DNA from: Felis catus
Lineage: Eukaryota
Direction: 5' to 3'
Assembly: GCF_018350175.1 (NCBI RefSeq)
Contig: NC_058382.1
Span: 50,470,001 to 50,534,000 of the forward strand
Length of the DNA stretch: 64,000 bases
The notes beneath the pieces are model-generated. The model was not told the DNA's origin. It was given only the letters and a program-made list of their open reading frames with translations, and ran no database searches. The position numbers and the translations under genes are program-made. This document shows, piece after piece, positions 12,480 through 24,415 of the stretch. Numbering within the stretch: the first letter of the stretch is position 1; each line of letters starts with the position of its first letter.

Positions 12480-13655
12480 TGTGTTCCTGATTTTGTTCAG
12501 TTGCCCAGGTTGTCTTGTATCTCACTGAGCTTCTTTCTGATGGTCCTTTGACTTGTTTATTAGGCAATTTGTAGATCTTCGTTTCTTTGGGGTCAGTCGC
12601 TGGAAGTTTATTCCTGTCCGCGTCCTTCGGTGGTGTCCTATCTGCCTGATTTTTCGTGATCTGTACAGCCTTGCATTGTTGTCCGTGCCTGAAGGAGTGT
12701 CACCAGACAGGGCCCTGGGCTGCAGGATTGGCCCCAGACTGTGTCTGAGAGGGGCTGGAACTGATCGAAATGGCCACGTCAGGGTGCACAGCCCGGTGTG
12801 CAGGCCTGCTTTCAAGGACATGGAAGAGCATGTCTCCTGCCAGACCCCTGGGTGGGCAGGGCTGCTCCAGGACTGTGGCTAAGAGCAGCCGGAGCCGAGT
12901 CACAGGGCCGCTTCTGGAGGCGTGTGCGGGTGAGGCATGAGTCTCCCTCGGGGTGCCTGAGTGGGCACGACTGCTTCGGGCTGCAGCTGAGAGGGTTTGG
13001 AATGGGGCCCAGGACCCCTTCAAGATCCACAGTCAGACTGAGGTTTGAGGGCTGACCTGCTGGAGGACGGGTGCGACTGCTTCCTGATGGAGCAGTGAGG
13101 AGGGCCTGGCCCGGTCTCTGCAGGGCAGAACTGCTGTCCGGAGCGGCCGGGAGGGGTGGGAGCCCAGGTACAGAGCTGTTGTCGAATGTCCTTTCCCACA
13201 GACGTGGGGACACGGGAGGGCTTGCCTCCAGGGCTGGGGTCAGGTGTGCCTCCCGGTGGGTCCCTGGGAGGGCAGACCTGTTCCTGGACTGCAGCTGGGT
13301 CCCAGAGCGCCCACAAAGGCACCTTTGTCAATGGAGGGTTGCCAAGTTATTGTTGTTACAGGGGGGATACAAGCAGGAGATTTCCTATTCTGCCATCTTT
13401 TTTTTTTTTTTTTTTAATGTTCCTTTTTCACAGAGAGAGACAGAGCATGAGTGGGGGAGGGGCAGAGAGAGAGACAGACAGACAGACAGACACAGAACCT
13501 GAAGCAGGCTCCAGGCTCTGAGCTGTCAGCACAGAGCCAGATGAGGGGCTCAGAGTCATGAAGCACAAGTTCATGACATGAACTGAAGTCAGACGCTTAA
13601 CCCACTGAGCCACCCAGGCACCCCTCCCGTTCTGTCATCTTGCTGACGTCACTTC
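12480..13655 (-). mobile_element. 5' end (GC-rich 5' UTR plus start of ORF1) of an old L1M element
   Basis: The minus strand begins gaagtgacgtcagcaagatg, the L1M 5' terminus with a YY1-type motif. The GC-rich UTR is followed by ORF1-like sequence. Explains the cluster of GC-rich spurious ORFs. Confidence 0.72.
13400..13624 (-). mobile_element. CAN-SINE inserted in the L1M 5' terminus
   Basis: SINEC body. Degenerate 17-bp TSD at 13383-13399 and 13625-13641. Confidence 0.9.
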
Positions 13656-14826
13656 ATATATCCTCTGTCTGTCTGTCATTATCATCTGCTGTCTAATGAT
13701 CTGTAATTTCTGTTCCCATAAATTATCTCATTGGAATTGTAACTGTAACCCTTTTGAAGACTGCCCTGCAGATCTAATTCCACGAGAAAAGATGTGGAAA
13801 AATTACACAATTTTGTAAGGATTTCTCTATGTTTCTTCTCAAACAGGACTTTATATATCAAAGATTTCCTCCCTCAGTGGGAATTGTCAGGTCCTTAAAG
13901 GTCTAATAATTTAAGTAGAAAGCTAGCCCCAAATCCTATTTAAGTGATTTGAGGGTTGTTATTTTTCTCTTATCTTTTGTACCTTTAAAAAAAAGTTGAC
14001 ATGTAATGAATATTAACAGTAGGAAATAAAAGGGACACGTGTAAGATGGACTATATAATTGGCCATATAAAATGTAACTGATTTAATAGGCTATATAAAA
14101 ATATCTGACTGTATAAAAATGAAAAACAGGATCAGAGACGCTGCCAGAATGAGAATGTTTATGTGGGTTTTTCCAAAACCTCATCCTTGACCTTGGCATT
14201 GTGCATGCCCTCCTAGAATGAGCTGATCCACGGCCAGGGCCTCCAGGAGGAGGCCTGTGCAGACAATTCCCCCATTTGTGCTGGAGGAGAAACATGTCTA
14301 ACAATCTCCTTTCTTGTATTTTCACCTGCCTGCTGGAATTTTCCAGCTGCCCCTTAGATGCCTTGTCTTTACGAAAAAGCTCAACATATCTTAAAGTTAA
14401 ATATATCACCTCCAAGCCAGCTTCTGCTCGTAATTATTTTTCTTTTTCTGGTTCCTGCTGGTTATCTTAATCGCCATGGCTTAACATTCTTAGAATCACC
14501 TTTTATTTCTCTCTTGATCCCTCCTCCTGAAGATGATAAATTCTGTGGATGCATGGTTTGCAATCTCTCTCTTTTATTCCTTTTTTTTTGTTTTGTTTTT
14601 TCGTTTTTTTAGATTCCATTGCTACTACACTAATGCAATTTTGGGATTTCTAACCAAGGTTATTTTAACAGAGCCATAACTGGTCATGTAATTCTGAGGC
14701 TCTCCTCAATAAAAATAAATTTGCACGTACAGTTGTGACCTTGTTTTTGCCTGTTTAAGATTTTTCAGTGCCACTTTCCTTGCACATGTGGATGTTTCTG
14801 AATGTGCTTTCTAAAGTCCAGCTAAT

Positions 14827-15058
14827 GGGGTGCCTGGGTGGCTCAGTCAGTTAAGCGTCTGACTTTGGCTCAGGTCATGATCTCACAGTTCGTGAGTTCA
14901 GGCTCCACCTTGGGCTCTGTGCTGACAGTTCGGAGCCTGGAGCCTACTTCGGATTCTGTATCCCCCTCTCTCTCTCTGCTCCTCCCCAGCTCATTCTCTC
15001 TTTCTGTCTCTGTCTCTGTCTCTGTCTCTGTCTCTCTCAAAAAGAAATAAACATTAAA
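14827..15058 (+). mobile_element. CAN-SINE
   Basis: ggggtgcctgggtggctcag start. TSD aaagtccagctaat at 14813-14826 and 15059-15072. Confidence 0.94.
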
Positions 15059-15489
15059 AAAGTCCAGCTAATACTCTGCAGTGGTTGAGCAGATTATTTG
15101 GTAGTTTTAAGGAAAAAAATAATAAAAAATATTCATAAATATTTCCAAATTGAACTGTAACGTAACCTATGAATTGTCTACCATTTACTAACAGAATATA
15201 GTTTCTCTTAACTAACCCATCTTTGCTTAATTTGTGTGCTAATGCTTGGTTCATTCTACAAATCTAATTATTTAATCTAAGTAAACCTAATAAATACTAT
15301 ATGACATTAATTCTATAGTTAGCACAAATACACAAAGAGCTCATTGATGCCTAAAAGTATAAATGGAATAAAAAAGTGAGAAATAGAAATTTGAACAATG
15401 TCCTAAATATAAGAAGAGACCATAATTTTAGTACGAAGAATAAATCCACACAAGCTGGGATATGTGAGTATTTGAATGTGGTGACTTCA

Positions 15490-15650
15490 TATGAGCATCT
15501 AAATAAGGAAAGCACTGGATAGACAAAGCAAAGACATTGGACCTAGTAGACAAAGACTTTAAATCAACTCTTTTGAATGTGCTCACAGAGCCAAAAGAAA
15601 TGCGAATAATGTCTCCACAAATAGAGGATATCAATAGAGTTACAAACGGA
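15490..15650 (+). mobile_element. Old L1 ORF1-region fragment
   Basis: Translation LVDKDFKSTLLNVLTEPKE resembles the L1M ORF1 N-terminal region. Confidence 0.5.
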
Positions 15651-17344
15651 AAGAAACTAGTGTTTTCTAACGTGAGTGTTAAGAATTTTTCTGTAATGGA
15701 AAGGAGCAGAACTACGTATGCATCGAAGTTGCACTTCTTGTGGCAAAATTACGTCTCATTACTGACATTCTGGGAAGCAAAGTAGAATAAGCTGTTTGCA
15801 GAATTCTTGTAGCAAAAGACGCTATCAAAACCCGTATTTTTTTAGTGGCTCTGAATGTGGAAGAGTAACTATTATGAGAATATGCTAGTAGCCTCCTGCT
15901 TTCTTCAATGTAAGGACTACCTTGATTCCGGAGTTTTAATCCTGCTTCAGCCTACATAAGAGCAAAAGCACTCATCAGTCTGGTTAGCCTTGGTGACCCA
16001 CTGCGGGAGAAACGCCTTTTCTGGATCATTTGGTGTGCTATTGCAGACCGGACAGTGCGGTGGAGCAGGACCTAGGTGGCCCTGGGTAGACAGGAGAGGC
16101 TCCATTCACAGAGGATGGTCGGCAGACGGTAACAGGTGCCAGTGTTACAGCCTTACCAAACTGTGGTCACTGGGAAGTCGGGTGGGGAGTTCTTTTCGCT
16201 GTATTGTGCAAACACGTGGGCAGTGTTTCTGCTTTTCTGCATTAAAGCACGCTGGTTGATGGTGGGAAAGGTGAGCACATAAATCCTCTAATGAAGGAAG
16301 ACAAAAACGTTTTTCATGACAATAATAATTCCTTCAGAGACATGTCTGTCTGGGAGATGATTTGGGGAGCAGAAAGGGGTATGACGTCCCCAGCTGTCTC
16401 CTTCTCCTCTTCCAGATCCAAGGCACACATGTCACCCAAGGCTTAAGGAAAGGGGGGTGGTCATGGCACAGCTTGGGAACAAAGCTAAGTGGGTACTTTT
16501 TAGGCCTAGAATATAAAGGATTTGAAGGGGAATTGAGGAGCCCGAAGGAATCCCTTTTCCCCGTGTCCTGCTGAGGGGAGGAGAAAGGAGGGTTGGACAT
16601 GAGCAAGCAAGTATGAAGACAGGTTTCCCTGACATCCTGCCCCAGGTTAAGTCCACGGTGGGAAATGTGTCAGAGCCCTGCACTCAACGTTCAGGCAACT
16701 GCATATGAAGGCTGTGAGGAGGGTGGGCAACGGAGAGGGGCCTGCCTGCCCCAAGATAAGTTACCAGCGCCCTGCACCCTCTTGCGCTGTGGAGGGCTGG
16801 TAGTGTGGCAGAGAGAGAGTGTGGCAGCCCGAGGTGGCATGTGAAGAGAACCAAGGGCTGCTGTGGGTCCTGGAACGAATGTAGAAGGCAGGGACTGGAG
16901 CAGTGGGTGTCGGCAAAGGGTCACCCCCGGGATGGGAGGAAGGAAGACCACCTGAATGCCCTGATAAAGTACGGCCCACCCCTGGCCAGTCACCACGGAG
17001 CAGAGGGGAGGGGAGGCTGCTTGACTGTGTGTGGAGAAGACCAGAAGGTGGTCTTCCTGTCCCCAGCTTACAGGGCTGGCAGAAGGGGGAGACAGACCCC
17101 TGCAAGCATTTTGAAACCTAAGGTGACAGAAATAAAATCCTGACTTGACCGAGTAATCCATGAACTGGACTGAGTTCCTCTGAAATGATTAGATTGATTT
17201 TCTACATTAGAGAGAACAGAAACTCAAGAGAGAAAATTAGATTGAGTTAGGGGAAAAGATGCATTTTTCATACCCGAGGCTGTAACTGAGAAATTCATGA
17301 CTGCAATATGATTCTAGCTGCATTGCCCAAGTAGCTTATCTGAG

Positions 17345-17543
17345 CTGTGGTCGATACCCTGCTGGCTTGTGGGAGCCCGCTGTCAGCAGCTTTCCCAACT
17401 CAGCATTACCAAGTCGGGAGCTTGAAATCTGCCATCAAGGGAGCATTTACACCACAGGAATTGACAAATGCTATAAAGCAGGACTCCCTCCCCTGGACCC
17501 TCCCCAGGGACCAACATATTAAACACTTACCAGCATACCACTT
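17345..17543 (-). mobile_element. Non-autonomous hAT-type DNA transposon relic (Tip100-like; family uncertain)
   Basis: Terminus ttaaacacttaccagcataccact. Homologous to 41404-41595 in the opposite orientation. Confidence 0.6.
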
Positions 17544-17846
17544 ACCTGAATTATAGCCACTTACCTGGCTTACCTCTTATAGCCAACATACAATGATCTT
17601 GGGAAAAAACATTAGAATATATTTTACAGATTGGACTGGGATGCAAAATACCTGAACCAAGAGTTTGACGTGCTCTCAGTACTTGTTTGTTGCTTAAAAA
17701 ATCTATAAATATGGTGTTTTTTTGTTTGTGTTTGTTTTTGTTTTTGTTTTGTATATTCACAATACAGCTAAGTTCTTTACCATAGTTTAAAAAACTTGTT
17801 TCTAGAACCACATACAACAAGTAAGTGTGTTAAGAATGTACATCCC

Positions 17847-18068
17847 GGGGGCACCTGGGTGGCTCAGTCGGTTAAGCATCCAACTTTATCCCAGGTCATG
17901 ATCTCGCGGTTGAGTGAGTTTGAGCCCCGAGTCGGGCTCTGTGCTGACAGCTCAGAGCCTGGAGCCTGCTTCAGATTCTGTGTCTCCCTGTCTCTCTGCC
18001 CTTCCCCTACTCATACTCTGTCTCTCTCTCTCTCTCAAAAATAAACATTAACAAAATTTAAAAAAGAA
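17847..18068 (+). mobile_element. CAN-SINE (younger of a tandem pair)
   Basis: TSD aagaatgtacatccc at 17832-17846 and 18069-18083. Confidence 0.94.
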
Positions 18069-18083
18069 AAGAATGTACATCCC

Positions 18084-18293
18084 AGAGCGCCTGGGTGGCT
18101 CAGTTGGTTAAACATCTGACTCTTGATTTCCGCTCAGGTCATGATCTCACAGTTTGGGAGCCCGAGCCCCTTGTCAGGCTTTGCACTGAGAACATGTGGC
18201 CTGCTTGGGATTCTCTATTTCCCTTTTTCTGCCCCTTCCCCGCTTGCTCTCTATCTCTCTCTCTCTCAAAATAAATAAACATTAAAAAAAAAA
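18084..18293 (+). mobile_element. CAN-SINE (older subfamily with TCTTGATTT insert)
   Basis: Followed by aagaatgtatatcct at 18294-18308. Confidence 0.92.
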
Positions 18294-19194
18294 AAGAATG
18301 TATATCCTAAGCTGTAACATTCAAACTTCCAGCTTTGGGGTTGGGCATGTTGGTTGCCCTACTGTTTGATTTTATGCTAAAAAGAGAACAGTTCTCCATT
18401 CAATGTCTATCTTTGATCAAAATATACAGAAATCTCCAACAGATCCACAGAATCTTCTCTTTTTCTCAGTGACCTACTAATATGAGTTGAAATATTTTAT
18501 AGAGTAAATATCAAGAGTGAGAAGTGAAAGCAACTGGCTACAGAAGTGGCCCAAACAGGTCAAACTATCCAATTACGCTGGTATAGCTTGGTCAAAGATT
18601 GCAAATAATATCTTCATGTAGACCAGTGGGAATAAGCATGCATATTATTAGTGACCTTAAATACTGTTTATTCCATACATTTAAAATTTCAGATGGTCTT
18701 TTTGATATTAATTTATCTGAAGTTGGTGGTCCACACGTGTGCCCAACACAAAACCCACTAAGTAGTCCTCAGATGCTGAAAGTTGGACTGCTGTTTTCTT
18801 AGCGTTGAATGAAAGACTTTCAACGCTCTGACTCCACTTTCTTTTCCTGCCTTAATGACCACCGCCCTCTCCATGCCCTCTCTCTCCCTTCAGTCCAATT
18901 ACTGCCATTCTGAAAAATGTGTCTTGCATCTGTCTGCCCTCAGATCATTCCTCTGCTTGGAAGGCTTCAACTCTCCGTTTTGACCTTTCAGAACCCGACC
19001 CTAGAACCTCAGTGGAATGTTTCTGTTTTCCCTAGTCACTCAGCCAGCAATGCTCTCTAGATCCTAAACATCTTTAGTGTATATCCTGTTTCAAGTCCTC
19101 GTATAATATGCATCACCTGCTCACGTGTCTGCATACTGTTTCACAAAAAGCAAACTTCCCGAAGGTGGAAGCCTTATCATCTGTGATGAGGAAC

Positions 19195-19385
19195 AGGCTC
19201 TGGAGTCGATTGTGTTTGAGGCTTTGCCTGATTTTAGTGTAGTTCTGTGACCTTTCACAGGAGACTATCTCCCTTTGTCTCAGTGTCTTCTTGTCTAAAG
19301 TAGGAAATATAATAGTTTTCATCTCATAGGCTTGTTGTGAGAATCAAATGAGTCAGGATAAGGAAGCACATCGTAGAACATGTGG
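19195..19385 (+). mobile_element. MIR
   Basis: ctgtgacctt...tctcagtgtcttcttgtctaaagtagg...catctcataggcttgttgtgagaatcaaatgag. Confidence 0.75.
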
Positions 19386-19928
19386 GCAACTTCTATTTAT
19401 AGCTGGTGACCCTGAGTCATTCCTGGCATTTATTTTGACTCTGTATGCACCGATAGGTACAGTGATCACACTTGGTCCCCTGATTGTGGGTATTCATGGT
19501 GGTGATCAGAGTGATATTGACACTCCTTTGTATATGGTAGTTTCTCTGAAAAACTTGTGTGTGATCCAATACGGAAAACCATAACCAGTCTCTGTGATTA
19601 GGGAGATAAATTCTATATTCTTTGTTATGAGGGATGGCAGTTAGAGATTTTTAAAAGAAGGTAATATTTCGTACCCTTCTATTTCCTTATGCTTTCATAG
19701 TTCTAATTAAGAATTAGAAATGTCCTAAATTTCATAGCCCCTCCCAGATTCAGTTTTTTGACATTTCATTTCTGCCTTCTTCCTATTTGTAAAAGGTATG
19801 AGGAAAATTTAATAGTGTTGATATTGTTCAAAAACATAAAATCTGCCACTTGGTAACTACACGTAAACTACAAGAATTTAATTTTAGGTGAGCAGGAACC
19901 CAAGAGCAACATAAAAGATTCCTGGTAA

Positions 19929-20045
19929 GGGGGTATCTGGGTGGCTCAGTTGGTTAAGTGTCCAACTTCGGCTCAGGTTCTCACAGTTCGTGGTGTTGAG
20001 ACCCGTGTTGAGCTCTGTGCTGCCAGCTCAGAGCCTGGAACCTGC

Positions 20046-20096
<51 letters not shown>

Positions 20097-20150
20097 CCTC
20101 CCCCACTTGCACTCTGTCTCTCTCAAAAATAGACATTAAAAAAATAAAAA
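19929..20150 (+). mobile_element. CAN-SINE with (CT)n expansion
   Basis: SINEC head, CT tract and A tail. Confidence 0.9.
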
Positions 20151-21399
20151 AGATACTTTATTAAATCAGTATTCACCAAATATTCATTTGTTCATTGGAA
20201 TTCAAGACACATTTCAGATATTCAAAAAAAAAAAAGATTGGTGAGAATTAATCAGAACTATTTCTTATACAAGAAATGGCAAAAAAGAGTTTAAGATCCT
20301 TTGAAATGTCAACTTTGCTCATTAAAAAAGTCCATCATTTTTCCTTTGTTACTAGAAAGCAAAACTGTTACAGACCTTTGACCTTCTGAAGTCACCTCAC
20401 CATCTAATTTAGTTCATGTCACTCTGAGTTTGGCCATATTCAAACAGTAACAGCTCAGCTAATGGCAGGCCTCCCTTTTATGTCTGACCAGCTCACAAAA
20501 GTTTTTATAAGGTCAGACTTAAGTGTGACAATGGTATTTTAGTATGGAGTCTGACTGTTAGTTATTAATTTAACAAATATATAAGCTCTATTCTTTCATA
20601 TTACAAAGTTCTTGTAAACAGCCAGCCAGACTGCGGGAGAGGTGCTGTTTGAGCCGCCACAGACAGGTGGAGGAAAGAGACTCCTGGCTGTGTGAGAGGA
20701 GTACATAGCATTCAAGCAAAATTGTGACGAATGAGAATAGACTTCATAGAAAACCGCACTGTTTTATGAGGCCCCAATACCTCCAATGCCGAATTGAAGT
20801 TGCATTAAATGACGTGCCTAGAAAGATTCCTTTTGTTACCAGAAAAAATTATTCAGCTTGCTTTTACTAAACCAATTCTGGGAACAATGACAAAAATAGA
20901 TTGGTTCTTTAAGAGGCACATACTAAAGATTTCCAGAAGGGTAGGACATCAGGCAGGAACACAATTTCCTGTCTTCCTCTCCAAAGCCTGTAAATGTAGC
21001 CAAATCCCACTGGTCTTGCTTCCTTCGTTGTCATGACCCTGGAAGAGCTGCCCCTCTGTTCTAACATGAATCACTCCACAGTATCCTATATCTTTCGTGC
21101 TTCCTCGGGATTCCTGTTCCTTCCATTTTACATCTAACAAATTTCCCTTCCACTGATGACTTCACTGTCAGCATCACCATCTAGAAAGTTTTCCAAGCCA
21201 TCATCCTGGACTTTATAAGCTTCTCCTCGCCCTCCCAACATCCGATATCTAAAGGGGTACCCGCAGGTGACCAAGCCCTGCCAATGTCACCCCACTAAAA
21301 TCTCTAAAATGCTTTCATTTCTTTTTATTATCTTATTTACTCAATTCAAGATTATATCCCTAAGCAACTAACAAATAAATATAGAAAGTACGTTTTTAA

Positions 21400-22010
21400 T
21401 GGAGTGGTTGAAATAACAAGGGCTCAAACCAAGGCAGGGATCATGAAAAGGCAAAGGCTGTAATGAAAATCGCCTCAGAGGTAACATTGACCAGATTTGG
21501 CGATTTCTACACATATAGAAATTTCTATTTCTGTTATTGAAAGGGAATAATTAGAAGTGATTTTAAGATTTCAGTCTGAGTGAAGATTGGAATGATGTGG
21601 CCATCTGGTTCTGACAGGAGGTAAGGCATCCATTTTTGGAAGGTTGAGCTGGAGTTATCTATAGGGCATCCATGAATAGATCTATAGGAAACATTCAGGA
21701 TTTGGGATACAGATTTCAAAGGGAAGTCAGAGCTTAAAAATAAAGATTTAGGCATCATCATCCAAAAAACAAAAAACTAATCATTGCAGCCATAGGCAAT
21801 GAGAAATGCAGTTTATTGAGAATGAAAGCTAAAGAGGAGAGTTGTATTCGCTTTTAAACAAAAGTAGAGAAAGGGAGCTCTATGAAGGATACTGAAAAAG
21901 GCTGGCCAAAAGGCCTGAGGAAGGGAAATGAGCTAAAGAAGGAAGGGTTTGTTCTAAGTGATTTGGTCATGACTTCTGATCTAGATAATTTTGTAAAAAT
22001 GGTGGACTTA
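21400..22010 (-). mobile_element. L2 fragment
   Basis: Purine-rich diverged L2-like motifs (ttgagctggagttatctatagggcatcca, agatttaggcatcatca). Confidence 0.6.
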
Positions 22011-22679
22011 AAAATTGTACAAAGGGTGCATAACATGACCCAATATTCTTCTACTCAGTTATGCATCTGTTACAGGAAAGATCTGTAACAGATGCATAAC
22101 TGATTTATTTTATTTTATTTTATTTTATTTTATTTTATTTTATTTTATTTTATTTTATTTTTATTTTATATTATATTTATTTTACTAACTCCAGTATAGT
22201 TAACATACAGTGTTATGTTAGTTTCAGTAATTCCTTACATCATTGAGTGCTCATCACAACAAATGTACTTCTTAATCCCTGTCACCTCTTTCACCCATTC
22301 CCTCTCCCTCCCCCTTTGGTAATTCTGTTCTCAATAGTTAAGAATCTGTTTCTTGATTTGTCTCTCTCTCACTCTCTCTCTCTCTCTCTCTTCATTTACT
22401 GATTTGTTTTATTTCCTAAATTCCACACATGAGTGAAAGAATATGGTATTTGTCTTTCTCTGATTTATTCTGCTTGCCATTATACTTTAGCTCCATCCGT
22501 GTTGCTGCAAATGGCAAGATTTCATTCTTTTTTAAGACTTAGTAATATTCCACTTTATATATCCTACCCCTTTATCCCTTCATCATTTGATGGATGTGTG
22601 GGCTGCTTCCATAAATTGGGTATTGTAAATAATGCCACTATACACATAGGGGTGCATGTATCCCTTTGAATTAGTGTTT

Positions 22680-22887
22680 TTTTTTAAATTTATGTTTATT
22701 TTCGAGAGAGAGAGACAGAGCACGAGTGGGGAAGGGACAGAGAGAGCCAGAGATGCAGAATCCAAAGCAGGCTCCAGGCTTTGAGCTGTGAGCACAGAGC
22801 TTGATGCAGGGCTCAAACTCACGAGCTGTAAGATCATGACCTGAGCCGAAGTCATATGTTTAACCGACTGAGCCACCCGGGTGCCCC
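22680..22887 (-). mobile_element. CAN-SINE within L1
   Basis: SINEC body ending ...ccgggtgcccc. No TSD seen. Confidence 0.92.
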
Positions 22888-23303
22888 AATAAATTACCAT
22901 TTAATCAGAGCTTAAGGATATTAAGAATTAAGAATAGTCTTAGATTAGGAAAGATTAGCAATTTCTGGGTCATAGGGTAGTTCTGTTTTTAACTTTTTGA
23001 GGAATCTCCATACTGTTTTTCACAGCAGCTGCACCAGTTTGCATTCCCACCAGCAGTGCAAGAGGGTCCGTTTTTTCCCTCATCCTCACCAACACTTGTT
23101 TTTTCTTGTGTGTTTGATTTTAGCTATTCCGACAGGTGTGGGGTGATATCTCATTGTAGATTTTATTTTCTTTTCCCTGATGATGAGTAGTATTGAGCAT
23201 CTTTTTAAGTGTCTTTTGGCCATCTGGTATCTTTTTTGGAGAAACGTCTATTCATTTCTTCTGCCTATTTTTAATTGGATTATTTATCTTTTGGGTGTTG
23301 AGT

Positions 23304-24415
23304 GTTGTTTTTTTGGAATATAAAAATTTATTTATTTATTTATTTATTTATTTTAATATGAAATTTGTTGTCAAATTTGTTTCCATGCAACACCCAGTGC
23401 TCATCCCAACAGATGCCCACCCATGCCCATCACCCACTTTCCCCTCCCTCCTACCTCCCATCAACCCTCAGTTTATTTTCAGTTTTTAAGAGTCTCTTAT
23501 GGTTTGCCTCCTTCCCTCTCCGTAACTTTTTTTTTCCCCTTCCCCTCTCCCATGGTCTTATGTTAAATTTCTCAGGATCCACATAAGAGTGAAAACATAT
23601 GGTATCTGTCTTTCTCTGTATGACTTATTTCCCTTAGCATCACACTCTCCATTTCCATCCACGTTACTACAAAAGGCTATATTTCATTCTTTCTCATTGC
23701 CAAGTAGTATTCCATCGTGTATATAAGCCACAATTTCTTTATCCATTCATCAGTTGATGGACATTTAGGCTCTTTCCATAATTTGGCTATTGTTGAGAGT
23801 GCTGCTACAAACATTGGGGTACAAGTGCCCCTATGCATCAGCACTCCTGTATCCCTTGGGTAAATTCCTAGCCGGTCTATTGCTGGGTCATAGGGTAGAT
23901 CTATTTTTAATTTTCTGAGGAACCTCCACACTGTTTTCCAGAGTGGCTGCACCAGTTTGCATTCCCACCAACAGTGCAAGAGAGTTCCTGTTTCTCCACG
24001 TCCACTCCAGCATCTATAGTCTTCTGATTTGTTCATTTTAGTCACTCTGACCAGTGTGGGGTGATATCTCAGTTTGGTTTTGATTTGTATTTCCCTGATG
24101 AGGAGTGACGTTGAGCATCTTTTCATGTGCCTGTTGGCCATCTGGAAGTCTTCTTTAGAGAAGTGCCTATTCATGTCTTTGGCCTGTTTCTTCACTGGAT
24201 TATTTGTTTTTCAGGTGTGGAGTTTGGTGAGTTCTTTATAGATTTTGGATACTAGCCCTTTATCCGATAGATTTTGGATACTAGCCCTTTATCCGATACG
24301 TCATCTGGAAATATCTTTTCCCATTCCGTGGGTTGCCTTTTAGTTTTGTTGATTGTTTCCTTTGCAGTGCAGAAGCTTTTTATCTTGATGAGGTCCCATT
24401 CATTTTTGCTTTTAA
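23304..24415 (-). mobile_element. Young L1_Fc (ORF2 C-terminus plus 3' UTR) nested in the older L1
   Basis: 172-aa ORF with HCWWECK cysteine-rich motif. TSD tttgggtgttgagt at 23290-23303 and 24416-24429. Confidence 0.93.

Noticed and set aside
12522..13521. Cluster of 100-143 aa overlapping ORFs
   Set aside because: Stop-poor GC-rich L1 5' UTR; ORFs on both strands with no recognisable domain.
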